Program-made: the position numbers and the translations under genes
Notes under the pieces: generated by a model
Told to the model about the DNA's origin: nothing
What the model saw: the letters and a program-made list of their open reading frames with translations, nothing else
Databases searched by the model: none
Assembly (NCBI GenBank): GCA_000934665.2
Contig: KZ538659.1
Location: 1-55,697 of the forward strand
Length of the DNA: 55,697 nucleotides
Source of the DNA: Catajapyx aquilonaris
Taxonomy: Eukaryota
Reading direction: 5' to 3'
In this document: positions 40,843 to 52,387 of the stretch, one piece after another
Layout: every line of letters begins with the position of its first letter
Numbering within the stretch: the stretch's first letter is position 1

Positions 40843-41033
40843 TGACTGTGTAAATAGTCCATGACTGTGTATATAGTCCATGACTGTGTATATAGTCCAT
40901 GACTGTGTACATAGTCCATGACTGTGTACATAGTCCGTGACTGTGTACATAGTCCGTGACTGTGTACATAGTCCGTGACTGTGTACATAGTCCGTGACTG
41001 TGTACATAGTCCATGACTGTGTACATAGTACCA
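40843..41033. repeat. Minisatellite, 10 x 19 bp (TGACTGTGTACATAGTCCR), embedded in a family R copy (about 40809-41104)
   Basis: Units start at 40843, 40862, 40881, 40900, 40919, 40938, 40957, 40976, 40995 and 41014. Confidence 0.95.
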
Positions 41034-41195
41034 TATAGATGGCGCTTTCGTCACCTGCACGCTAATAACCCACTGTGGACAAACTGAGGCACAGACACAA
41101 TCCATATATTATGATGATCGTTATTTTTAACATTTTGCAATATCAGTTACTTTATTATGCGAGTTATTGTTCCTATTAATGTTTTGAAATAGTTA

Positions 41196-41958
41196 TCAAG
41201 TTGAATCCAGATGTAACAGGACCGCGGAAAAAAGTATGTTATAGCCAAATAGCCACTTTTTCAACGAATATACAAAGTTTTCTGCTTTCCCTGTGCTTAT
41301 AATCCATGAAAAATTCAATATTAGCTCACCCAAAAATTATGCAGGCCCAAAAAATCAGTAATTTTCTTCTGTCGTCTCTTTTTTGCCAATTATACGGTAT
41401 ACCAGAAAAACAATATTTTTCTTTCAAGCGGCCAAGAAATGGTCTGCTATAGCCGAGGTGAGTATGTCCTATGGGACTCAATAAATGGTTTTGGCCACTT
41501 TATCCTGGTCTTGAAGCAACCCTTCGAGCGCACACACCCGCTCACATAGGCGCGCATTCCTATCCTTGTGAGGTTTTTCCAAAATTTAAAATTTAAAACT
41601 AACCTAACCTAACCTAACCTACAAGGAAACACACGAAATTTTGGTGAAATATATTTTTACTGTCTTTATGAGGTATTGTTTCGATTTTACCCTATCCTTG
41701 TGAGGCGTGTGTTCACTATGAGGTACTGGAAAACTACCTCGTAATGACAAAATTCCTCACAAGGATAGGAAAAACGCGTCCACCATGGGGCATGTTCGAA
41801 GGGTTGCTTCAAGACAATAAGGATAAAGTGGCCAAAACAATTTGAGCCCCATAGTACAGTATATCAGGAGTAAAAAATGCACATGTCCTTATGGAAGTTT
41901 GCCGGGACGGGCATTTCGAGTCTGTTATAGCGGAGGCTGTAATATCCGGATTCAACTG
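41196..41958. mobile_element. Degenerate pogo/Tigger-like non-autonomous element hosting a nested MITE
   Basis: The left end caagttgaatccagatgtaacag approximates the reverse complement of the right end ctgtaatatccggattcaactg|TA. A gttatagc-like motif recurs internally. Confidence 0.6.
41469..41854. mobile_element. 386-bp inverted-repeat MITE with internal (CTAAC)4
   Basis: ctatgggactcaa..ttttggccactttatcct..gtcttgaagcaacccttcga / tcgaagggttgcttcaagac..aggataaagtggccaaaa..ttgagccccatag. The motif cctatccttgtgagg occurs twice direct and once inverted. Confidence 0.85.
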
Positions 41959-43676
41959 TATTAGTTGTTTATTTATACGCGTACTACAGCTAGAAAATAA
42001 TTTTCTTCATTTAAAAAAATTCAAGTGTTTCGGAGCCAGCAGGTTACGTCTCATGGCATCGGGGGCTTGAACTATTACGTGCCATTTAATTACGCGATTG
42101 TGAACAGTTACGATCCGGGCGCTAGAGGACAATTAATTAACCCGAATCTGACTCCCGGTCGCCCCGGTTTTTATGATTCGCAATCAAAATATCCGCAGCC
42201 ATCATCCGGAGGTTTTATCGAAACGCAGCCATCTTAGTGGGGTGGGGTAGAGGGGGTGGGGGGTAAAATTCGATTCCCCGTTTGAGAGCGAAGTAGTTAC
42301 GAATCTGTTCTCCATCAGCAGTGGAAATGTTATTGGGACACCAGGGGACCCCCTCCGAATGACTACGCGACTTGGGTGCTCTCCAGAACCGTCATGAATC
42401 TTTATTTTTTTTGGCAACCCTGTAACTTTAGGAGAGGAAGGGTTTGGAGAGGTAAGGTAGCAAAAAGATGGATTGTGCTCGTCAAGCCCCAACCTCTCAT
42501 TAATAATGAATTCATGGCCCCGTAATATCGAGATTCCGGAGAAAGGAAAAAAAATAAAAGGCAGCGGTGGAAGCAAGAAAATCGCAAAACTTTTTCGCGC
42601 AGTTGATGACTCGAGGGGAGGGAAAGAAAAGTTGGCGAAAATGAAAATAAATGGAGTCATTCATCACCTTTGTTGAGCTGTTTTGTTTTCGCGGTTAGAA
42701 CGTGTTAATTTACCAGTTTCTAGACCGGCATCACTGATTTAGTTTTTTTTTCCTGTGCTGCCGGATTTTTGCGGAAATGTGGTTGGTTGTAAACACCGCG
42801 TTAAAGAAGCTGTTTTCTTAAGCATCGTATTTTGGCTGAAAAAGGATTCCCGTTTTTTTCTACTGACATGTAAAAAAAACCATAAGTGCTGCTATCCATA
42901 ATTATCTCTGTATTTTAAGGATTTTTTTTATTATTATTGGGCATCAAAGATGTTATAGGTTGATATGAAGTTTTGATTTCAAACGACTTTTAATGGGTGA
43001 TCTGAAATTAATGTGACAAATGTTGATCGGAAAAATCCGTTCATTATTTTTTGCGAAATCATATCTGCTTGCATGCAAAACAATGGTGAAATTGTAGTGT
43101 GACTCCATTTATGATGCAATTTTGAGTAAGTCTCTAAGGAAACTGGTTTGGATAAAATTCGTGCCTCATTTTTCAGTTTTTTTTTCCGTGTCACTAACCT
43201 AAACGACCTCAGAGCCGAGCCAAAAAAGGGACGTCAGGTATTTCCCGTGTCCAGCAGCGAATTCTGTTGGTTATTTACAGCGACGTAGGGTGTCATGATG
43301 ACGATGAGGAGTGACGGATAGCCACATCGTGATCCGGATTTTTATAAAAAGCGCGCTTTGTAGTCAGGAGCTGTTTAGTGTGGCCAACACGTGGCCAGCT
43401 TCCTGTTTCTAATCCTTTTGGGAGCCATAAACGCTGATTTGGACCACTAGGCCTGACATCCCCTCCAAAATTCGGGCTGTGAACCAAAGTTATCCTAGCT
43501 GATAGACCGTGTGGCGTGCAAGAGAGAGTTGCGGGATTGCTCTGAACTGTTAGGATAAAACTTCACAATTTTTTCCCCCAGATTCAGTCTGGTGTGTGCT
43601 TCTTATTGAACAGTTACTATAAGCGGTTATAAATTCATGCAAATATATTAATAGTGTTTTTCTCATGTTCTTTCAG

Positions 43677-44159
43677 GCGTTGGTGTACCAAGATGGCAAC
43701 CTCGTGGCGGGCCCTATAGAGGCTCTGATCCAACACCTGGTTCCGACCACTGACTATTACCCGGACCGGGCCTACTTGTTCGCCTTCCTCCTGACAGCCC
43801 GTCTCTTCATCAAGCCCCACGAGCTGCTGGGTCGTGCCTACGAGCTGTGCGCGCTCCAGCAAGGGCTGCATGGCAAGCAGGTGTCACGAGAGTGCATCAC
43901 CAAGTTCCTGCCTCACCTGGTCCAGCTTCTGGCCGAGTGGACCGAGACCTTCCCTTACGACTTTCGGGACGAGAGGGTCATGGCCCATGTCCGCACCGTC
44001 ACCCAGAAGTGCGTCACTCTCGAGCCCAACCTGCGAAGGGATGTGTCACAGCTTCTGCAGAACCTTCTTCACAAGCTGACCGCACTGGAGAGATACGAGG
44101 AGTTCCTGCAGAAGATTGGGGCTGAAGCCACTGTCACCAATCCGGAGGTGCTCAACGCG
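43677..44159 (+). CDS. RASGEF1: RasGEF1-like coding exon, RasGEF_N/REM domain (ALVYQDGNLV...EVLNA), phase 0-0, 483 nt
   Basis: Acceptor gttctttcAG (43675-76), donor GTGAGT at 44160. GC3-rich codon usage. Lies within ORF 43665..44183. Confidence 0.96.
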
Positions 44160-44183
44160 GTGAGTACAAAATTAGGCGTCTAA

Positions 44184-44274
44184 CGTAGTGCCGTACCCCT
44201 CGCATATATGGCGCACACTTCTTCTCTGCACACTCCTGCCACTCTCAGGGTCGTGCGGCGGAAAGTGGTCCTAT
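44184..44274 (+). repeat. Dispersed repeat family R copy, about 25 nt downstream of the exon donor
   Basis: catatatggcgcac...ctctgcacactcctgccactctcagggtcgtgcg...agtggtcctatc. Confidence 0.78.
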
Positions 44275-44841
44275 CAACTCCATTTCAAAACAGGAAACTA
44301 TGCGTCAGCCATTTTTCCTGTATCAAACTGAACTGCCACGAACATGCCTTGCTCCTCACCCGGATAAATGTAGTTTAATGTTGTTTTCTTTTTTTTTTTT
44401 GCTGGCTGCCGCCTTCATTGCTTTGTTTTTAGGATATGGAAAGCGAGGGGAAATGGGATTCCGAATTCTGCCGTAACGTTCGCCCATAAATAACAGCGAC
44501 TGCGCAAACCCGATATCGCACTGGTATTGGAGAAGAGCAGACGACGGATGCGACGCCTGGTGGCTCAGACTTTAAAAAAGAGAACGATTTAGGGAACTAA
44601 ACTAGTGGCATCATTGTTGCATCGACTAAGCAAATTACGACAACAATGGTAACAAACCTTATTGAAATCGGAGTAGATTCGTTAGTGCAAATGATGTCAG
44701 CTCAGGGAAATGGAACTAATGGTTAGCTTTTCTCTGGAGCATAGTTACTTTCTAGAAGTTATTACTATGGTGGTTATCAAAAATATTAGTGAATCGGTTA
44801 AATATGAATAGGCCTACTCATAAATTACGAGAATGTACCAT

Positions 44842-44965
44842 TTGCCAAAATTTGCCCAACACTGCCTGCACCGACTGCGAACGTAGTACAATATGTCTTA
44901 CATAGATGGCTCACTACTGATGACTCACGCGGACAATCAGTGGAACAGACACTAACCAATTCTGC
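44842..44965 (+). repeat. Dispersed repeat family R copy, internally deleted
   Basis: ttgccaaaatttgcccaacactgcc...gactgcgaacgtagtacaatat...acatagatggc|cactactgatgactcacgcggacaa. Confidence 0.78.
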
Positions 44966-47900
44966 AGTAGATTCTATGCGTGAGCTTCTGCATTCCATCC
45001 ACTAGGACAGAAGAGCAGCAACGCCATCTCTCTGCGTGTGTGCATTTCCTGTCGCAGCACGGGTGCTCTGCAGGGAGCGTGCCGTCAGGGGCGAAGCGCT
45101 CCTTCTCTCGAAATTAACCCCACTGAGGCTCCAAAGTGAATACCTCCCGGGGTGCAAAGTGTCCACTTAGAGCAGGTGACAGCTGTCGTAAAAAAGACGG
45201 GGGGGTGTCGGGGACACTTTTTTTTTTGTCAGAGTTGTTGACCTAAACAGCAGCGTTGCGACGGGTCCTGGTTCGAGTAAGCTGTCCATTAAGGCTCCCT
45301 CCCCTATTTTACGATCAGTTAACGTTTTATGTGCTTTTCAAGAGTAAGCCCCCTTTTTTAAAACCCCCCTGGTTTTAGTGCAGGTGATCTGGTGTCAATG
45401 AAAATCAGGTGACGCCGGACACTCATGGGGTGTTGCATACTGATTGGGCTCGGGGTTTTTCCCCCTCCGGATTATTTCCTTGGCTCCGGTCTTTCCACTA
45501 ACCTCTAACGAATGCCCACTTAAGCTGAGTCCCGGATATATGAGTCCCTCCTTTATTGCCTTTGTACTATGGGAGGGGGCTTAATGCATTTGGGAATGGA
45601 AAGGGTGGGGGGGATCCAGCATAGTTCAGATTATTCAGGGGGGCAGAAAGTGCGCTTTAGGGACATCTGGGTACCCACCGGGACCCACTTTGCCGCTACA
45701 TTCTTGCGAGTTATGCTGTTCTCATGAATATGTCTACTTTTATGCCATTGGCGGGAATGGAGGTGTCTTTTTTTTCCCCCACTTGATTTTATGAGAGAGT
45801 AGATCATTTACGGCGAAATGGGAAAGGCATTATGCCAACATAATTTTCACATAAAATTGTTCCGGCGGTTAGTTAAGGCTTAAAATAGTGCCCGATTCAG
45901 CCAGCAGTTTCAACATAATCTAAGTTTGAAAAATCATACGCCCATGAATCGCTGCTGAATTACGGTAATTACGCCATCAGCATGTACTTTTTGAGTTATA
46001 ACTTCTGAACTAACCATCATCAGATGGAGTGAATTTTAATGTGTCTACTTGCGGTGGCTTTTTTTTCTTTCGCTTGTTTTTTTTACTCCTGATTTTTCCC
46101 CCCCTTCTTTTTCTCTCTGAAGTCTATACGATTCGATATTGCAGAACAAAATGGTGGCTTTTGTAAAGTTGACTTGGAGCCCGAGCTGCGAATGCGCTTG
46201 CACGGTTGTGCTTTTGACAGTTCCCGTGAAGCGCGAAAGGGGCCTCGACGACCATTAAAACGAAGGCTGCTTGCCTTTTCCCCACCTGCACTTTAAAAAT
46301 TCCTACTTTCTCTCTCTCTCTTCTTTACTTCTTTCTCTCTTTTTTTTACACCGTGTGTCGTTCTGGCTCCGGCTTCTCGTGTTCCATAACTCCCCAGAAT
46401 TCCCCTTCAAAGTTGGCTCGCTCGCTGTATCGTAGCTAAAAGAGAAAGAACTTTAAAAAAAAATTGGAAAGAGAAGGAAGTGACTTAGCCCCTTAAAAGA
46501 CTGGGCGCCCATGTTTAAGGGAAGATCCAAATTGTATTTGTTCCCTTTCGAGTCTCTTTGTGACCCGGATTGGCAGGAATTTTTGTGGGGGGGACTCGTC
46601 CTTGGGGAGGAAATTGACAACTTGTGGGTTCAAAAGTGAGGTGCGTTACACTATATAGACTGATAGAGAGCAAGAAACATTAGTGCTGCGTACTCAGAAA
46701 TGATTTCATTAAATTTTGTATCAGTTCCAATAGATTTTTGACTTTTTGAGTTCACTACTTACCGTCGGCATATACAAGAAAGACACATAAATTCGCTATT
46801 CCATCAATTTAATTATTTAGATAACGAAGCTTCATCTACAAGAATTCACACTAGACAAATTATTGTCGAAATCATGAATAAACACCCTTTACATGCTCTA
46901 ATTTCCCCCCGGCTTCAATTACAGTCAAATCCATATAAAAGGTATATAACCGACTTCCCAGAAGCCAAACTAACTTCGCTCCGAAATAGCTCCCGGGCAC
47001 TTGTTTATGTTTGGTTTCGATTATTGGTCGTCTTCCCAGCTAACCTGAGGGCGATTCATCCAGCTCCCACTCGATTACTTTCTTCATCTGCAGATAGCTT
47101 TTTTTTACCTCTCTCTATATAACAAGCGCTCGATCCAGAAATAACTCGCTGTAGAAACAGAAAAAAAAGTTGGAAGCATTTGATGTCAGAACTACATTTT
47201 TTTTTTTCTCGAGCAGCTTCCACCCTTGACGCTCATCTCGGCGAAGAGCGTGAGTGACATCCCGAGACTTGGCGTCAAGTCTAGGAAAAAATAGAGAGGG
47301 TTGAAGAAGCTATATAGCCCCTGAGAGAGGCGAGAAAATTCCGGGAGAATAATTTATCGGATGGGCTCTACTAGCTGGCTCTGAATCGGTAACTTCACGC
47401 CTTCGCCATGGCTGCTCGCGGCCTTTAATTTTCAAGCAAGTTTCCCGCCGTTGCCAAAAAAAAAAAGGAAGTCAAACCCTTCCCGCCCCCTGCATAGAAA
47501 AAAAAAAAGAAAGTTCCTTGTAAGATGAAGGGCGGTCCAGGCGCTGAAGAGAAGAGGAAAATAATTACCATGTGAAGGAGGGGCATTGAATCTGCCAAAT
47601 CTTGTCTTGAAAAGGGCGGGTCCATTAATTGCAATCCTGACAGGAAGGCGGCACGAAAAAAAAAAAGACCGATTCTTGACGTGAGTTTGCTTCCTAGAAA
47701 ATGTTGGGGGGAAAAAAACTAAAGCTTTGTTTGGTTGGAAAAGGAAATTTTTTGAGGAGAAAAGGGCGGGTCTGATTGGTCCCCTTTTTTGCAGCCAGCT
47801 CCAGCCCCAGAGCCTGTGGCAACCCTGACCGCCCTCGAATCGACCGCACTTAAGTCGATATTGCTCACTACATGCTCTACCCCCACCCAACTCGACTATT

Positions 47901-48559
47901 TTTAGCCCCCAAAAAAATCCCCCAAGTGGAGATCAGCACATCTTGAAAAAACACATTCCTGCTCATCATCCTGGAGCAGTTTCGCATTTTCTAATTTTTT
48001 TTTTGTTTGCAATGGGGCAAGGGAAGTTATATTATTGCAAGAGAGATGCCTGCACAACCAACGAGACAAAGAAAAACCCTATTAGATTCCTGCACTGTTG
48101 TAATGAAAAAGGCACAACAGTTCCGCAACTTTTCTTTGCTTTCTCTCTCTCTCTCCTCTCTATCTCTCTCTCTTTTGGAAAGCTGAGCTGGAACTTGGGA
48201 TTTTTTTGATCGATTACTAGCGTCAGTTTGATGGGCACGTTTTAGAAGAGTGTTTTTCCCTCCAATTGGAGGCGGGCCACTTCTTGATTGAACGTCTTGC
48301 CATCACAGTAGTAATGTCCGTTTCAGTTGGATATTTTTTGCCCTGAGATCTTACTTTAAGCAGTTACTAGCAGTGGTTATCAAAATTATTGGCGTCTCCG
48401 TAGAACCTCTCAATTTCAATCAGAATTTTGATTGGAAATGGTCCAGTGCAGCTCTTGGCATCTGCTGATGTGTACCGTACCGATACTCATCTTTTCAAGT
48501 ATAATAAATTGATCGGTTTACATACTCTAATATTACACGCTAACCAGTTAGAGTAACTG

Positions 48560-48860
48560 CTTTATAAAATGAATAATAATTTATAAATCGTTTACTTTTT
48601 ATATTTATTTACTTGTGCATTGAATTTTGCACATCATATAATAATATGTCAAACCATATTGTAAATACGTTAATAAAACAAGTAATAAGAATTACAAAGA
48701 ACCCTAGAATAAAAATTAGTTATGAATTAATAAATTGTATAAAGAGATGAATAATTGAACAATAAATTTATAGTATAATGAGGAGGTAAATGAATTATAA
48801 TGAAGAATAAGAATAAGATAGAAAATGACAACTTAAAAAGGTATAAAATTAATTTTTGCA
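48560..48860. repeat. AT-rich low-complexity tract
   Basis: Very high A/T with aataag / gaat motifs. Confidence 0.55.
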
Positions 48861-49676
48861 GAGGTGGCAAATGTATTGGTCTCTACAACCTAATATTGAC
48901 CAGTAATATGTAAAAGAAACTGTCCCAAAAAATTATTACAAAAATAATCAGCCTAGGAAAAGTCATCGCTAACGTATAACGTATTTGAACAAGCTGTAGA
49001 TACATGGTTGTGTACACTGTACTGCACCCATACCACAATTGAAATCCAACAATAAAGGTGAGGGAGGTTTTATGCGAAGTCGTACAACACAAAGTGGACA
49101 TCCATAAGGCAGGAAATGCTCGGTAAATCGCGTCATTTAACTCCCATCCCCCTCCCCGAGAACTCCCCTTTTCGCGGAAGCTACAAAACTGGCCCCGGGG
49201 CAAATGGCCCCCCTCCCATTTTAGTCGCATTAAACTGCGACGGCTTCGCTGGCCCTCCGCCCGATTATTATTGTTAAATTTCGGAGGGGTTCCAGAGGGC
49301 CATACCCCGATTTAATCCCAGCACTTATTGAATTAACTGCCCCCCCATTTAACTAAAGTTAGTATCTGGGCATAAAGATCCGATGCTCCCCCCCCCCCTC
49401 TACCCTTCCTGATGCTGGCTCCCCTGCGAACCATCCTGGTCTGCGGGGTTATCTAACCTCCAAGATTGAAGAGGTGTATTCTCAGAGTGGGGCTAGTGTG
49501 ATTTCGAAGAGATAGCTTCTAAGTCGTAGCAGTCGTAGCTGCGATGAATACAACAAACTAACCAAAACGAACTAGCTGTTACTATTAACACTTCTAAAGG
49601 TTAGACTGTCTGTTTGTCCAGGGTGAGTCATCTCTCCTCAGCTACACTGTTAACTGCAAACTATTAAAAGATAATC

Positions 49677-49963
49677 ACTACTGAGTCTGCCATGGAACAT
49701 CAATTTTAATGCTCATGTAATGTTTTTGTTTGCCTTTAGCAACGAAAAGCATTACAAGAGCATCATATCTCACATGTAACATCATGTTTCAAAACGTTTC
49801 ATGCTCTTATGATGCTTTTTTGTTGCTAAAAGCATCAAAAACATTGCAAGAGCATAACTACTGAGTCTCATGTAACATCAAGTTTTAATGCTCTGTAATG
49901 CTCTTACAATGCTCATGTAATTTTTTGATGCTTTTTAGCAACAAAAAAGGGCCACAAGATCAC
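49677..49963. repeat. Array of three quasi-palindromic units of about 55 bp with conserved spacers
   Basis: Units at 49709-49763, 49801-49855 and about 49909-49963. actactgagtct repeats exactly 180 bp apart (49677, 49857). Confidence 0.75.
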
Positions 49964-49964
49964 A

Positions 49965-50299
49965 CAGGGTGTTTCAACTTTTTTGTCCGAACAGCTATCG
50001 GAAAATTGCACGTAGCTGCTACTTTGTAAGCAGCGACTTGCAAACGGTGATTTTTCGGAGGAACGGGGAATATTCCCTGCGAATAGTAGGTTGAAGTGGC
50101 ATACGTGCTGCCCCGCTGAAAATTGAGGGTCAAGCCTGGAAAAAAGAGGGGTCACACATGCCATGGGATGTGTGACCCTCTTTTTTCCCCCATTCACCAT
50201 TCCTCCCACAAATCGCCGGTTGTAAGTCACTGCTTACAAAGTAGCAGCTACGTGCAATTTTCCGATAACTGTTCGGACAAAAAAAGTTGAAACACCCTG
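49965..50299 (-). mobile_element. MITE family M1 copy 4 (opposite orientation)
   Basis: Same TIRs, with the internal segment reverse-complemented relative to copies 1-3. Flanks read CA and CC rather than TA. Confidence 0.92.
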
Positions 50300-50381
50300 C
50301 CTAAAAATTATTTATTCATGGGTGATGCTCTTTTATTGCCCTTTTAATGTTTTGCGGCGCTTTGTGGTTTACATTGTATAG

Positions 50382-50459
50382 GTGCACGTAGTACCACTAC
50401 TGGCACGACCTAAGAGTGGCAGTAGTGTGCAGAGAGAGAGGATGCGCCATCTATGTGAG
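50382..50459 (-). repeat. Dispersed repeat family R fragment
   Basis: gtgcacgtagtaccactac..gcacgacctaagagtggcagtagtgtgcagagagagaggatgcgccatctatgtgag. Confidence 0.82.
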
Positions 50460-52156
50460 GTTTATGGTAGTGAGTGGGCATTTGAAGCTGTTAAACTTTC
50501 TTCTCATCACTAGAGTGGAAGGAATTGCAAATCAATCGAAAGGAAGTATGCAAATGTTTTATTTATTGATTGATTTGGGGGGGGGGGGGGCNCACGGTGG
50601 AATAAGGAGTAAACTTGAATGGTTCCAATGGATGGCGGATGGGAAGTAAGTTTGAGTGGCATTTTGGCGCCCAGGATAAGATTGACAAGAGATGTCCATT
50701 TGCGGAGATGGCTAATTTGTATCCGGGGAGAGCAATTCCTGGGGGCCGTGGGGACCCACTTAGTTGCAAATTTGGCGCCGTGAAAGTGAGTTAGATAGCG
50801 AAACGGCACCGGGTCCGTACCCCCCATCTCCTATACACGCCCATTCCTACACGATTACTTTCAAGCAGATGAGCCCGGATAAAATCCGGGAGGACTAACT
50901 CCTGGCCTTGTTCAAAGCCATACGTACATTTTGGGGCTGTTTCCAAGAGGATTTTGATATGCATAGAGAGGAGGGAAGAAGCCTATTCGCACGAAATTTA
51001 TGATCGGCTATTCTCTCCCCACAAAGCGGTTGCCAGGTGGAGCCAACCTGATGTTTTCATTGGTTAAGGCGACTATTTGGGCTTAGGTTTTTTTAAAGCC
51101 ATTTTATGCTGCAGGTAGTCGATCATAATTTAAGGCAGATATAACTGAATTACGTCTTGCTTGAGAGACAACATGGCATCACTGCATATTATACGGTATG
51201 TCTGGAGTGATCAGTCGATCATAACATTCATAAGTAGTAGAGTGTAATAGAGGACGTTTGGTTAAACATTTAAGTAAAAAATGCACTCTAGGGGAAACAT
51301 TATGGGAAGCCCCTAAAGTTGGATGAACATTTTTAAAGAGAAATTCAGTAGGTGTTTTTGCAAGTGGTGCTTTCAAGGCGGTCTCTAATTAAGCCCTTTT
51401 GATGCGGCTCGTTACCCAGTCGTAATTGACAGGTTGTAAGTGTCCCTTTGTCACCAGAATCCCACATTCGTACGTCATATTAATCCTCGCCTTAATTTTC
51501 TAGCCATTAGAAAGAGCTTGAGCTTTAAAAAAAAGGAGATCCTGATGGGAGCACATTAACCCAGGAAAGTAGTTACATCTTGTCGTGGCCGCGTAATTAC
51601 GGTGCGCGTAATTCGCACATGTATCACTAAAACCAACACATTAACCTGATTATAACGGGGGCTGAATAGACCGTAAGTGAAGTTGTAAAAAGAGGGGGGG
51701 GGGGNGGGGGGGGGGGGAAACAAAGTGGCCGCGTTACACGTTTCTGCAATTACGCCTTTTCCTTTCTCTTTAATCTGCATGGTTACTTAATCGCCTGTGT
51801 TGTGTTAAGTGGCCTTGCTCTTTTTCTGAGGACTAATTTTTGCCATTGAACTGACCGAAAACAACTACTCACTACGATAAATATATTTCATCTTCAGGTC
51901 ATTTGTCATTTCTTGGGTTGTTTTCCTGGACATGTCAACTACAATGTTCGATCATGCAGGGTATAGTTTCGAGCGTGTCAGTGACATATTGGTCGATGCG
52001 ATTGATACTTGGAACATGTCTTGAAACCTTAAAATATTTTATGGAGTGAGGTTTAAGCCTTGCTGTAGTTTCTCCTCGTGTGTTGACTTTGGTCTGATGC
52101 CAACTCTGGCCTCCCTCTCTCCGAGTCCCTTATATTCTTTGGGTCCAATTCCTCAG

Positions 52157-52387
52157 ATCGAAGTGACGGAGCTGTGTCCGAGTCCTCTGGTGCTGTCACA
52201 GCAGCTGACGCACATCGAGCTGGAGAGGTTGGCCTATATCGGACCAGAAGAGTTCGTGCAGGCCTTCGCCAAGGAGAATCTGCACGTGGAGACCACCTTC
52301 AGGGACCTGAAGAAGACCAGGAACCTCGAGTCCTACATTCAGTGGTTCAACAGACTCAGCTACTTCGTCGCCACTGAAGTCTGCAAG
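52157..52387 (+). CDS. RASGEF1: RasGEF1-like coding exon, start of CDC25 domain (IEVTELCPSP...VATEVCK), phase 0-0, 231 nt
   Basis: Acceptor ttcctcAG (52155-56), donor AAG|GTATGG at 52388. Motif QQLTHIELERLAYIGPEEFVQAF. Confidence 0.95.

Noticed and set aside
40843..41033. Palindromic regularly spaced repeats resembling a CRISPR array, and the repetitive ORFs 40759-41105
   Set aside because: The units are contiguous with no unique spacers, there are no cas genes and the context is eukaryotic. It is a minisatellite.
4808..50230. Recurring similar peptides (e.g. FCPNSYRKI, ITVRTKKLKHPV, KKRVTHPM) in ORFs near 5.0, 10.5, 18.3 and 50.0 kb
   Set aside because: These are translations of non-coding MITE M1 copies, not a gene family.
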